Assembly (NCBI GenBank): GCA_016840405.1 | Contig: JAEOSK010000003.1 | Location: 66,917 to 130,916 of the forward strand | Source of the DNA: Candidatus Hermodarchaeum yapensis | GTDB taxonomy: Archaea; Asgardarchaeota; Hermodarchaeia; Hermodarchaeales; Hermodarchaeaceae | Reading direction: 5' to 3' | DNA length: 64,000 bases | Shown: in pieces, positions 48,072 to 57,510 of the stretch | Numbering within the stretch: position 1 is the first letter of the stretch | Layout: each line of letters starts with the position of its first letter | Translations under genes and position numbers: made by a program | The notes under the pieces: generated by a model | What the model was told of the DNA's origin: nothing | Databases searched by the model: none | The model's input: only the letters and a program-made list of their open reading frames with translations

Positions 48072-50423
48072 CTAACTCCTATTACTTCTTTGGATACTAG
48101 CAACCGCTTTTTGTGCAATAGCAGCGAATTCTTTTGCATCCCGACCGATTAGTTGAGCAACCTGGACCAAATTCGGGTCTTTACCAGATTGTGTTAGAAC
48201 ATTTCGTACCACTTGAGCACGGCTATTCGCCATTCGTGCTCCACGACCATAATGGCAAAGTTTTGAATCACATGCAAACAGTATCACCCCGGTGGCACCA
48301 TCTTCTATTGTCTGTAGGACTTTGGGTGTCGAAACACTTCCCGTACAAGGAACTTCTAGAATGTGCAAATCAGCAGGATATTGCAGTCTTTCCTCTCCAG
48401 CCTCATCAATTGCCCGGTAAACGCATTCATTACAGGCAAAGCCAACAATCACTGAATCAGATCCCTCAATGCTGTTGCTTAATAAGCCCTCGAGGGCGGA
48501 ATCTAAAACCGTTGGATTTGTATTTAGGGGACCAATTGCACCCACTGGACAAATCGCCATGCATTCTCCACATCCCTGGCAACGAACTTCATCAACAATC
48601 ACGCATTCATTCTTCTTATCAAGCGAAATCGCTTGTGAAGGACAGGCAGAGATACATAACCCACAACTATTACACAAATCGGTATTTACGATAGCAGTAT
48701 CCAAATCCTTTGAAACTGTTTGTGTAGAAAGCCATACTGATGCTTGTTCTGCTGCAGCACCAGCGAGTTCAACAGATTCAGGAATGTCTTTAGGACCGTG
48801 ACAGGTTCCAGCGAGATAAACACTATTAACATCCGTCCGGGAGAGAGCCACCTTCTCATCTAATGCTTTATAAAATCCGAGCGAACCCAAAGGAACACCA
48901 AATAAATTGGCTAGTTCTTGTGTTCCTGGTGAAGGAGTCATCGCACAAGAGAGAACCACCAAATCAGCTGCAAGAGATTTCGTTGAACCATCTGGATCAG
49001 AATACCTCACAACTAGCTTGCCATTCTTTTGGACAATTTCTAAATCATCACCACGGTACACTACTTTGATATTATATTCATCCCGAGCACGTACATAGAA
49101 TTCTTCAAAACCTTTTCCTCCCGCCCTAATGTCTCGTGCAACGATGGTAATATCAATATTAGGATCATATTCGAGCTTAGCAAGTTCTGCATGTTTTATT
49201 GCAGCCATGCAACAGTAAGATGAACACTGCCAGCTATACCGTTCATCACGGCTCCCCACACACTGAAGCATCACAATTTTCTCTGGCTTTCGACCATCGG
49301 AAGGAACTTCTAATTTCCCACCAAAAGGACCAACTGAATCCATCATCCGAATAAACTGCATCTGCGTGATGACATCTGGATTCTCTTCAAAGTGTAGTTC
49401 TGGGACAACAGAAGGATCAAACTCTTTGAATCCCGTGGCAAGAATAACACATCCAACTTCCACTTTTATAATTTCATCTTTCATCTCATAATCGATAGCT
49501 TCAGCAGGACAAATTTTAGCACAAACACCACATTTTCCATCCGTAAGCATTTTACAATGTTCAGCATCAATTGTGACTTTTCGTGGTACGCTCTGCGAAA
49601 AGGGCATATAGATTGCCCTTCGTTTTGCGATATTCCAAGACCATTCATCATCCACCCGTGTCGGGCACTTTTCTGTACATTGCATACATCCCGTACACTT
49701 ATCCCAATCCACATAGGTTGCTTTTTTGTTAAGCGTCAACAACCAATCTTTACCCAAATTCTCAGCATCCACTAAATCCGTGTATGGATACAATTCGATA
49801 TTCGGATGGGTCGCTGCCTCCGCCATCTTTGGACCCAAAATACAAATAGAGCAGTCCAAGGTGGGGTAGGTTTTGTTAAGAACAGCCATATGTCCGCCAA
49901 TTGTGGGTTCCTTTTCAACTAGATGAACTTTAATGCCACGATCAGCTAAGTCCAAGGCAGCTTGGATACCTGCAATTCCAGCGCCAAGGACGAGGACTTC
50001 TTGTGTGACTGGGAAGGTTTTTGTGGTAGTAGGGCTTTGGGCTGCGACTCTAAATACGGCTGAACGAATTAAGCGCTTTGCCTTGGCTGTGGCCCCTTGA
50101 GGATTCTCTTTATGAACCCAGGCGCAGTGTTCGCGAATGTTAGCGAAAGTGATTTGCCCACGAGTCATTCCGGCTTCTTCAGCAGCATCATAAAAGCGGG
50201 TGCCAAAAAGGTGGGGGCTACATGCGGCGATGACGAGTCGATCGAGTTTCTTTTTAGTGATGGTTTGAGTGAGGATTTGGAGTGATTCGCGTTGGCACCA
50301 GTCGCCACGTGTTTCGGCGTATTTTACATTAGGGAGTGTTTGGATGAAAGAGGTGAGGGCTTCGTAGTCGAGAGTGGTGCTGATGGTGTCACCACAATTA
50401 CAGAGAAGGACGCCGATTTTCAT
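48072..50423 (-). CDS. hdrA: HdrA-like protein with fused C-terminal MvhD domain
   Basis: KIGVLLCNCG, TLDCSICI, QCVGSRD; C-terminal FACNEC...PCTG...CHY. Confidence 0.9.
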   Translation of the reverse strand: MKIGVLLCNCGDTISTTLDYEALTSFIQTLPNVKYAETRGDWCQRESLQILTQTITKKKLDRLVIAACSPHLFGTRFYDAAEEAGMTRGQITFANIREHCAWVHKENPQGATAKAKRLIRSAVFRVAAQSPTTTKTFPVTQEVLVLGAGIAGIQAALDLADRGIKVHLVEKEPTIGGHMAVLNKTYPTLDCSICILGPKMAEAATHPNIELYPYTDLVDAENLGKDWLLTLNKKATYVDWDKCTGCMQCTEKCPTRVDDEWSWNIAKRRAIYMPFSQSVPRKVTIDAEHCKMLTDGKCGVCAKICPAEAIDYEMKDEIIKVEVGCVILATGFKEFDPSVVPELHFEENPDVITQMQFIRMMDSVGPFGGKLEVPSDGRKPEKIVMLQCVGSRDERYSWQCSSYCCMAAIKHAELAKLEYDPNIDITIVARDIRAGGKGFEEFYVRARDEYNIKVVYRGDDLEIVQKNGKLVVRYSDPDGSTKSLAADLVVLSCAMTPSPGTQELANLFGVPLGSLGFYKALDEKVALSRTDVNSVYLAGTCHGPKDIPESVELAGAAAEQASVWLSTQTVSKDLDTAIVNTDLCNSCGLCISACPSQAISLDKKNECVIVDEVRCQGCGECMAICPVGAIGPLNTNPTVLDSALEGLLSNSIEGSDSVIVGFACNECVYRAIDEAGEERLQYPADLHILEVPCTGSVSTPKVLQTIEDGATGVILFACDSKLCHYGRGARMANSRAQVVRNVLTQSGKDPNLVQVAQLIGRDAKEFAAIAQKAVASIQRSNRS

Positions 50424-50505
50424 AGTCGAGCACCAAGAGTAGGAGGAGCAAGACTAGCGATTTGTGATGTTACATATATACTTCTTGTCTGTACTACTTT
50501 GCGTT

Positions 50506-51312
50506 ATGTTGGAAGTTACCCCCTTCGTTGACCAAGTAACATGTATCAAGACGGCTTCGCCGTTGGGTGATCAAGCAATTATGTGGGTGTGTGCCTATTT
50601 GGTGGGGGATGTGTTGTTTGATGCGGGGTGTGCAAATGCTATCAGCGAGCTGCAAGAGTATTCCAAGAAGCGTTCAGTGCGACGAGTGTACGTGACTCAC
50701 AATCATGAAGACCATTATGGAGGATGTGCCGCGTTTGTACCGAAAGCAGAAGTGTTCGCCGGACCTGTCACAGTAAAGTCAGTGTATAAGCCGTATCCGT
50801 TACCTCAATTTTTCCAGTGGGTATGGGGTGAGCCAAAGCCTGTCAAAGAAGCTCATAAATTTGAAGAGTCAAGTATTTCGGTTGGGGAACTGAATTTTGA
50901 AGTTGTGGATTTGTCAGGGCATTGTGAAGAGATGTTTGGATTTTGGGAATCTGAGAAAGGCTGGTTTTTCTCCGCAGATGCCGTGCCCTTACCTTCTCGT
51001 AAGCAGATGGCGATGCCTGAGGAAAACATCCCCAAAATGATAGCCCGTATGAAGGAAATTCGTGATCTGGGTGTTAAGGTCTTATTTGATGGTCACCTAG
51101 GACCAATCCCAAATCCCCGAGAGCACATTGAAACACGAATCAACTATTTGTCACAGCTTCAGACACAGGTCTTGAGTATGGTTGAAACCGGAAAAACCAT
51201 TCCAGAGATTAAGACCGAGTTAGGGTTTCCGGAACCGTGGTATCTTCCGAATACAGAAGGGCGTTTTGCGATTGAACACCTGATTCAATCACTACTCGAA
51301 GACTCTGTTTAG
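50506..51312 (+). CDS. Metallo-beta-lactamase fold hydrolase
   Basis: THNHEDH, GH, D and GH motifs. Confidence 0.85.
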   Translation: MLEVTPFVDQVTCIKTASPLGDQAIMWVCAYLVGDVLFDAGCANAISELQEYSKKRSVRRVYVTHNHEDHYGGCAAFVPKAEVFAGPVTVKSVYKPYPLPQFFQWVWGEPKPVKEAHKFEESSISVGELNFEVVDLSGHCEEMFGFWESEKGWFFSADAVPLPSRKQMAMPEENIPKMIARMKEIRDLGVKVLFDGHLGPIPNPREHIETRINYLSQLQTQVLSMVETGKTIPEIKTELGFPEPWYLPNTEGRFAIEHLIQSLLEDSV

Positions 51313-51462
51313 ATTCTCAGAAAAGAAAACCAAGAATTTTGGATCGCAGAAAACACTTAATGAGGCTTTTTTCAATAGTTTCTACTAGCCAGAGATGGGA
51401 AAGAACAGCCACAGAGGAAGTGGATTTTCCATTTCGGTTACCTTCCGTGGGGATGAAACACC

Positions 51463-52935
51463 GTGTCCGAACAAGACCATCAAGATAAATTCCAGCGGCT
51501 GGTGGAAGCGGCTGATGTGTTAATCATTGGATTAGATGCACGCGGCCGCGTTACCTTGTTCAACCAAAAAAGCGAAGAGGTAACAGGATATTCACGAGAC
51601 GAGGTGCTGGGTAAGTCGGTGTTCACGCTACTGATTCCAACAGAAGAACGGAAGGAGGCGCGTCAACGGTTTAAGAAATTACTCGTGGGCGAGAAACCGA
51701 AATTTGCACCCTTGACTAGTTGGATGACCAAGAGTGGTGTTCAACGTTTTATCCGGTGGAAAACTGCTCTTTTCACGGACACCGATGGGCAAATAAGAGA
51801 GATTTACTCGTTAGGAATTGACATCACAAAGCAGCGAGAAGCAGAGGAAAAACTGCGAAAGAATGAAGAACGTTTTCGCGTGCTAGCCGAAAATGCTCAA
51901 GATGTAATTTACCTCTATTCAATAATGCCTGAGAGGAAGTTCGAGTATGTTAGCCCCGCTGTTACCCGAGTAACTGGCTATACTCCCGAAGAATTCTATG
52001 ATGATCCTGATTTAGTTGTTAAAATCGTGTACCCTGAAGATCTGCCAATTCTCCAAGGTGCGCTCCAAGACCCTGCCTCATTTACTGGTCCAAGTGAAAT
52101 TCGATGGATCCGGAAGGATGGGGACGTTATATGGACCGAACAACAAAGTTCGGTAGTTCCGGATGCGCAAAGAAATTTGATTGCTGTACAGGGAGTGGTT
52201 CGAGATATCACTGAACGAAAGCAGGTCATTGACGAGATGGAGCGGGCTCGAAATCTTGCTGAATTTCTTGTCGATTTAATGGCCCATGACCTGAACAATA
52301 TCAACCAGGGCATCATGTCAGCGATGGAAATTTTACAACATGATTCCAGTTTCCCTGAGCCTTTGCAAGGCAGACTCAATGATGCACTATCTCAAGTTGA
52401 GCGGAGTGCAAACCTAATTGATAACGTTAAACGATTTCAACGCGTGGACATTGAACCCGTCACACTACGACGAATAGACGTATATCCTCCACTTCAATCC
52501 GCAATTGAAGCCGTCGAACGCAACTTCCCAGCGAAGTCAATCTTAATCACTAACAACATTCACGAACGCCAGTACTACGTGACGGCAGACCAATTTCTCT
52601 CTGAACTGTTCTTCAATATTCTCCACAATGCTGCCAAGTATGACCGCTCTGAACGTGTCACGATCGATGTTCGAGCCGACCTTACCTCTGATGAACGATT
52701 TCTCCGTGTAAACATAATGGACCATGGCCCAGGAATATCGGATGAAGAAAAAGCTAGAATTTTCTCGCGAATGACATCCCGAAAAACGGGTGTGAAAGGC
52801 TCTGGAATGGGGTTGACACTCGTTGGTCAAATCCTACACCGATATGGTGGAAATATCGTGGTGGCGGACCGGGTCGATGGGGATTATACCCAGGGGGCAA
52901 GTTTTGTTATTCTTTTGCCCAAGGGGGAGGTTTAA
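51463..52935 (+). CDS. Sensor histidine kinase with two PAS domains
   Basis: H-box AHDLNN, N-box HNAAKY, DHGPG and GSGMGL boxes. Confidence 0.92.
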   Translation: MSEQDHQDKFQRLVEAADVLIIGLDARGRVTLFNQKSEEVTGYSRDEVLGKSVFTLLIPTEERKEARQRFKKLLVGEKPKFAPLTSWMTKSGVQRFIRWKTALFTDTDGQIREIYSLGIDITKQREAEEKLRKNEERFRVLAENAQDVIYLYSIMPERKFEYVSPAVTRVTGYTPEEFYDDPDLVVKIVYPEDLPILQGALQDPASFTGPSEIRWIRKDGDVIWTEQQSSVVPDAQRNLIAVQGVVRDITERKQVIDEMERARNLAEFLVDLMAHDLNNINQGIMSAMEILQHDSSFPEPLQGRLNDALSQVERSANLIDNVKRFQRVDIEPVTLRRIDVYPPLQSAIEAVERNFPAKSILITNNIHERQYYVTADQFLSELFFNILHNAAKYDRSERVTIDVRADLTSDERFLRVNIMDHGPGISDEEKARIFSRMTSRKTGVKGSGMGLTLVGQILHRYGGNIVVADRVDGDYTQGASFVILLPKGEV

Positions 52936-53300
52936 TGGTTTCGATATTTATCGTCGATGATGATGAGAACCTCCACCAGGTCTATCGATCATTCTTTACT
53001 ATGAAAGGCTTCAGTGTGGTTGGTAGTGCCTTCGATGGCGCTGAAGCCGTGGAACTTTTTATAACACTTAATCCAAAACCCGATATCCTACTAATGGACT
53101 TTCGGATGCCCATCAAGGATGGAGTAACCGCCACAAAGGAAATCCGAGGTATTGATCCAGCAAGCAAGATTATCTTTTTAAGCGCTGATGAAACAGCACG
53201 CGAGCAAGCCTTAGCCGCCGGAGCCCTTTCATTCTTAGTTAAGCCCGTAAAATTTGTGCATTTACTTCAAGCCATTGATACCCTTCTAACCAAGCACTAA
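52935..53300 (+). CDS. Single-domain response regulator
   Basis: IVDDD, MDFRMP and KP motifs; TAATG overlap with the kinase. Confidence 0.93.
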   Translation: MVSIFIVDDDENLHQVYRSFFTMKGFSVVGSAFDGAEAVELFITLNPKPDILLMDFRMPIKDGVTATKEIRGIDPASKIIFLSADETAREQALAAGALSFLVKPVKFVHLLQAIDTLLTKH

Positions 53301-53414
53301 GCTGTTTTTCCGTTTGAGATTTTTTCCGAAAGAGGATAAGGCGTATATACCCAAACTCTATACGTTTGAGTCACGAGTCCAAAGGAAACCTTCTGCATCA
53401 TTCGGTGATAAAGC

Positions 53415-54071
53415 ATGATTATTCCCAAACAAATGCCTCTCGAAAAAATCTTGAAAACCATCGAAGGCATCGAAAACATCCTCGTCGTCGGCTGCGACGG
53501 GTGTTCCGGAATTTACCAAGTTGGTGGCATCAAACAGGCAGAAACCCTAGCCACACTAATCAAAATGCACAGACAACTGAACAACGAACCCGGCGAAATC
53601 CGACATACAATTGTCTTACGACAATGTGACCAGCAACTAGTGGCCACAACACTTCGTCCACAAATGGAAAATATTGATGCATTACTCTCACTAGCCTGTG
53701 GCGTAGGCCCACAAACCCTCATCGACGTCTTTCCAGACCATAAAATCCTAACAGCGGTTGATACATTCGGCATGGGTGGCAAAGATCGAGAACTGGGACA
53801 TTTCTTCGAATATTGTAGCGGGTGCGGTGACTGCCTGCTTAACGACACCGGTGGCATCTGCCCCATGACCCGCTGCCCCAAGGCACTCGTCAACGGCCCA
53901 TGCGGCGGAATGCTTGACGGCAAATGCGAAGTAGGCGACTACAAAAATGACTGCGCTTGGTTTCTCATCTATGAACGGCTAAAGAAACTGGGTCAACTCG
54001 ATAAGTTCAAGAAATATCGTGAACCCCGTGATTGGCGGGTCGCCCAATCACCACGTAAATTGGAGATTTAG
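53415..54071 (+). CDS. metV: Methylenetetrahydrofolate reductase-associated Fe-S/Zn subunit
   Basis: GCDGC, RQCD, ACGVG, CSGCGDC...GGICPMTRCPK.L.NGPCGG...CE...CAW. Confidence 0.9.
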   Translation: MIIPKQMPLEKILKTIEGIENILVVGCDGCSGIYQVGGIKQAETLATLIKMHRQLNNEPGEIRHTIVLRQCDQQLVATTLRPQMENIDALLSLACGVGPQTLIDVFPDHKILTAVDTFGMGGKDRELGHFFEYCSGCGDCLLNDTGGICPMTRCPKALVNGPCGGMLDGKCEVGDYKNDCAWFLIYERLKKLGQLDKFKKYREPRDWRVAQSPRKLEI

Positions 54072-54087
54072 GTGACGGTGAAACGAA

Positions 54088-55017
54088 ATGGCAAAACGTG
54101 AAGCCTATAGCAAACTGATGGAAGAAATTCATGCTGGTAAATTCGTGTACACTGGCGAACTTGAACCCGAAAAAATCGGGGACATGGAAGAAGTCATCGA
54201 AGGCGCAAAGAAACTCGTCGGTCATGTCGTCGCTGCCAACGTCACTGACATCCCCCAAAGCTTCGCCTACATGAACTCCCTCGCCCCCTCCTACATGATT
54301 CAAGAAATCGCAGGTTTAGAAGCCGTCTGCCAAATGACCTGCCGAGACCGCAACCGACTCGCCATGTTTGCAGACCTCCTCGCCGCGGGTGCATTAGGTA
54401 TCAAAAACATTCTTGCACTAACAGGAGACCATCCGAGTCTAGGTGATCAACCTGAAGCCAAACCTGTTTTTGACTTGGATTCTGCCAGCTTAACTGCCCT
54501 CATTCGAAAAATCACCGATGAAGGCATTGACCTCAATGGCCACGAAATTGAACACCCACCCAAGTTCCACGTGGGCGTCGCAATCAATCCTGGAGCAGTA
54601 CCCCTAGAACCAGAAATTTTGAAGCTCGAACGCAAGGAAGCAATTGGAGCCGAGTTCGCACAAACCCAAGTCGTCTTCGAAATCGAATCAGCAAAAGAAT
54701 TCATGAAAGCCATCAAACACGTGAAAGTCCCCACCCTCATCGGTATATTCCCTTTAAAGAGCTTCAAAATTGGTCAGTGGATGAATAATTTTGTTCCAGG
54801 TGTTACAATTCCTCCAAACCTCCTTGATCAACTAAAAGAGCTAAAGAAAATCGAAGACAAACCGCGTCGAAAAGAAAAGATAGCAGAGATGAATGTCGAG
54901 TATTTTGGTGAGATTATCAAAGAAATTCGAAAGACTACCCAGGCGGCCGGGTGTCATATTATGGCTGTTAAGTGGGAAGAATTAATACCTCAACTAATAG
55001 AGGTTGCAGGCAGATAG
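54088..55017 (+). CDS. metF: Methylenetetrahydrofolate reductase
   Basis: NVTD, TCRDRNR, ALTGDHP and AQTQ motifs. Confidence 0.92.
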   Translation: MAKREAYSKLMEEIHAGKFVYTGELEPEKIGDMEEVIEGAKKLVGHVVAANVTDIPQSFAYMNSLAPSYMIQEIAGLEAVCQMTCRDRNRLAMFADLLAAGALGIKNILALTGDHPSLGDQPEAKPVFDLDSASLTALIRKITDEGIDLNGHEIEHPPKFHVGVAINPGAVPLEPEILKLERKEAIGAEFAQTQVVFEIESAKEFMKAIKHVKVPTLIGIFPLKSFKIGQWMNNFVPGVTIPPNLLDQLKELKKIEDKPRRKEKIAEMNVEYFGEIIKEIRKTTQAAGCHIMAVKWEELIPQLIEVAGR

Positions 55018-55026
55018 GGATTGGAA

Positions 55027-55933
55027 TTAACAATCCCCAGCCAACGAAAGATCCACCGGAACTACATCAGATTTTCTTACCTCTGTTGATCGCCAGTCTT
55101 CTACGTCTTTCTTTTTGTATCCGCTTGAAGGCGGAGCGAGCAAGGCCCATTTAATTGCGTCATTTCTTCCCTTAGTTATTAGTTCCCAGCTAACGCTCAT
55201 CCGACCGGTTTGATAGAGTGTTATTCGCATAGGAACGATTCGAGTTTTTACACCAAGACTAGCGAGCAGTATTTTTTCACTAATTAGTAGTTCAGGTGGA
55301 TTATCATAGATCAATTTTCGAAGCTTCCTGATTCTTTCAGTGAAACAGAAGTGTCGGGGATATTGGGAAGCTTTCTTCAGTCTTCCCCAAGACAGCTTCA
55401 TATCGAAATGGGCAATGGTATCACTATTTTTCTTGCGGGTATTTTTTATTGCTAGACGCAAAGACTTCTTTCAATTCATCAGAAATCTTAGGTGTGAAGG
55501 TGTATTCTTCAGCTTTTTCTCCTGCATCCAGCACCACGCTCCAACCTATTCGGAAAATTACCTTCCTGCCATATATTCCAAAGGCTCCATCCTCGGGAAT
55601 TACTTCTTCAAGATAGGCGCTTCGTTCGCGAATACATTTCTTTTATTAGTTCCCAGGATCCGACCTACTACTAAGAATCTGCTGTAATCTAGTCTCAGCA
55701 TAATCTGAGTGATTTATTCCAACTGGAACTCTGTTGTTGTCAGTTCCAATAATTAAATATCCTTTTCCGCTTGTTTGATAAAGATGGTTCGCAATCGCAC
55801 AAACATCCTTTGCAAACTCATCCCTATTCTTTCTAGTTCTCAAATGAGCTGAGTATTGTGCTTTGAAATCTTTTTTCGATGATTCGTTAGTTGAATGAAG
55901 TTCACGTATTTTTTTGCGATAAAACCACTCCAA
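55027..55933 (-). pseudogene. Decayed cargo: Schlafen/AlbA_2-like N-terminal fragment plus downstream ORF fragments
   Basis: ESSKKDFK...EFAKDVCAIAN...GYLIIGTD...VGI (55646-55933), then stops and frame breaks. Confidence 0.65.
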
Positions 55934-56071
55934 ATCACAAAGAAGTATATGTGTGTGAAAAGAAAAAGGTTGAGGAGAGGTAGGTAATGGATTTTTGAAT
56001 CTTCGTATGTATCAAAAATTGAGGGTAGTTTTCGGAATATTAAGAGACCAAAAATCCTAAGTGACTAAATA

Positions 56072-56299
56072 TTCGTTCCAGGTGTGACGATTCCTGAGCC
56101 GATGATGACTAAGTTAAAGGAACTAAAGGGTATTGAGGATAAACCGACGCGGAAGGCGAAAATAGCTGAGTACAACATTGAATACTATGGTGATTTCCTT
56201 CGTGAACTGCGGAAGACGACACATGCGGCGGGCTGTCACTTGATGGCCGTTAAATGGGAGGAATTGATTCCTCCGATTATTGAAGCTTCAGGCGGTTAA
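56072..56299 (+). pseudogene. Orphaned metF 3' fragment (75 codons plus stop)
   Basis: 51/75 aa identical to the MetF C-terminus by hand alignment, no indels. Confidence 0.9.
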
Positions 56300-56307
56300 T
56301 TAAAGTC

Positions 56308-57435
56308 TTATTTCCGATTGGTGTTGAATTCCGATACGACATCACGTAGTCGTGTTAGATTTTCGAGTACCATAGTGTCGCCGTGTTTCCAGTCCCAAGA
56401 TCCGAGTCCGCATTCGGGTCCTGCGAAGGGGGTGCGGCCGGTTCCGTATCGTTGGATGGCGGTGTGGAGGCGTTTTTGCATGTCGGTTCTCGGTTGTAAG
56501 TATGGGTGGTATTGTCCGGATTGGATTTGTGTCCAGACGGTTTTGAGGTCAGCGTTGGGTGGAATGGTGGGTCCGTCGGTTCGCATGATGGCGGCGCGGA
56601 TGTATTTGTCGTGGTCCATTAGCCATTCTCGGTTTACGATGACATGAAGGTGGGCTTCAAGGAGGTTCCAGTTGGCTCGGGCGAGTTGGTGGTAGGGGGA
56701 TGCGTGGAGGTGGAGTCCACGATAGTGTTGTTGTGGAGTGGCGGAGAAGATTTTGTTCCAGTGGGTGATTAGATGTGAGAGGTTTTCGTCTGTTTCGGTG
56801 TCCATGAAGAGGTCGCCAACGCCAGTTACGCCGATGGATGGTTCTTCGAGGGTGAAGATTTCTGGCTTCAGATACTTGGTTTCGACGTTGGAATTTTGCA
56901 TAAAGTGTTGAACTATAGTTGAGAAGGCTTCGATGAGAGAAGTATCATATCGTGAACTGACACCCATGCTTCGCCAAATTCGTGTTAGTAATTCAAAGGG
57001 ACCGGTGACGCACACGCGATATCTGATACAGTCGAGTTCAAGTTCTTGGCAAAGGGTTTTGGCATGTTGTTTCAAGGCGATAAGTTCGGCGATGTTCGCG
57101 TGGTTGGGTGGGAGTTGAATGGTTGAGCCATCCCAGAGATAGTTGTCTTTGTGTTTTTGTAAGCCACGCCCGTGTCGGATGATGGGATCGAGAAATTGGT
57201 TGACCATGTCGCGTGTGTGACTGCTTTGTACGTAGCTTGGGGTACTGAGGTGGGGACCTAATGCTGTGAGTTTTTGTTTGAAGGCCATGTTGTGACTGTG
57301 TGTGAAGTAGTCTGCGTCGTTTGTGCTTCTTCCATCTTCGGTGTCAGCAGCGCCTTGTGCATAGCGTGTTGCATTGATGTTTATGAGTGGAAAGCTGCCT
57401 ACATCGGTTGTTCGTATGGAAGAGAATCCTTTCAC
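56308..57435 (-). CDS. Core (single-barrel) MetE-like methionine synthase / methylcobamide methyltransferase
   Basis: TTDVGSFP, VTGPF, EEPS, LHLH and GPECGL motifs. Confidence 0.7.
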   Translation of the reverse strand: MKGFSSIRTTDVGSFPLININATRYAQGAADTEDGRSTNDADYFTHSHNMAFKQKLTALGPHLSTPSYVQSSHTRDMVNQFLDPIIRHGRGLQKHKDNYLWDGSTIQLPPNHANIAELIALKQHAKTLCQELELDCIRYRVCVTGPFELLTRIWRSMGVSSRYDTSLIEAFSTIVQHFMQNSNVETKYLKPEIFTLEEPSIGVTGVGDLFMDTETDENLSHLITHWNKIFSATPQQHYRGLHLHASPYHQLARANWNLLEAHLHVIVNREWLMDHDKYIRAAIMRTDGPTIPPNADLKTVWTQIQSGQYHPYLQPRTDMQKRLHTAIQRYGTGRTPFAGPECGLGSWDWKHGDTMVLENLTRLRDVVSEFNTNRK

Positions 57436-57510
57436 GAGTATCTAGCCTCAATTGAATTAGGGTGAAGTGAATATTCTAGCAAGAAGGAGCAAGGGCACTT
57501 TAGTTTTTGT

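Larger units (their letters stand above)
54790..56299. mobile_element. Remnant of an element integrated in the metF 3' end, flanked by a 228-bp diverged direct repeat
   Basis: Repeat copies at 54790-55017 and 56072-56299 both begin TTyGTTCCAGGTGTkACrATTCCT; AT-rich cargo between them; no integrase left. Confidence 0.7.

Noticed and set aside
1610-50423. Selenocysteine recoding in FwdB, HdrA, MvhD or MvhA
   Set aside because: All the usual Sec positions are Cys codons and there are no in-frame TGA codons.
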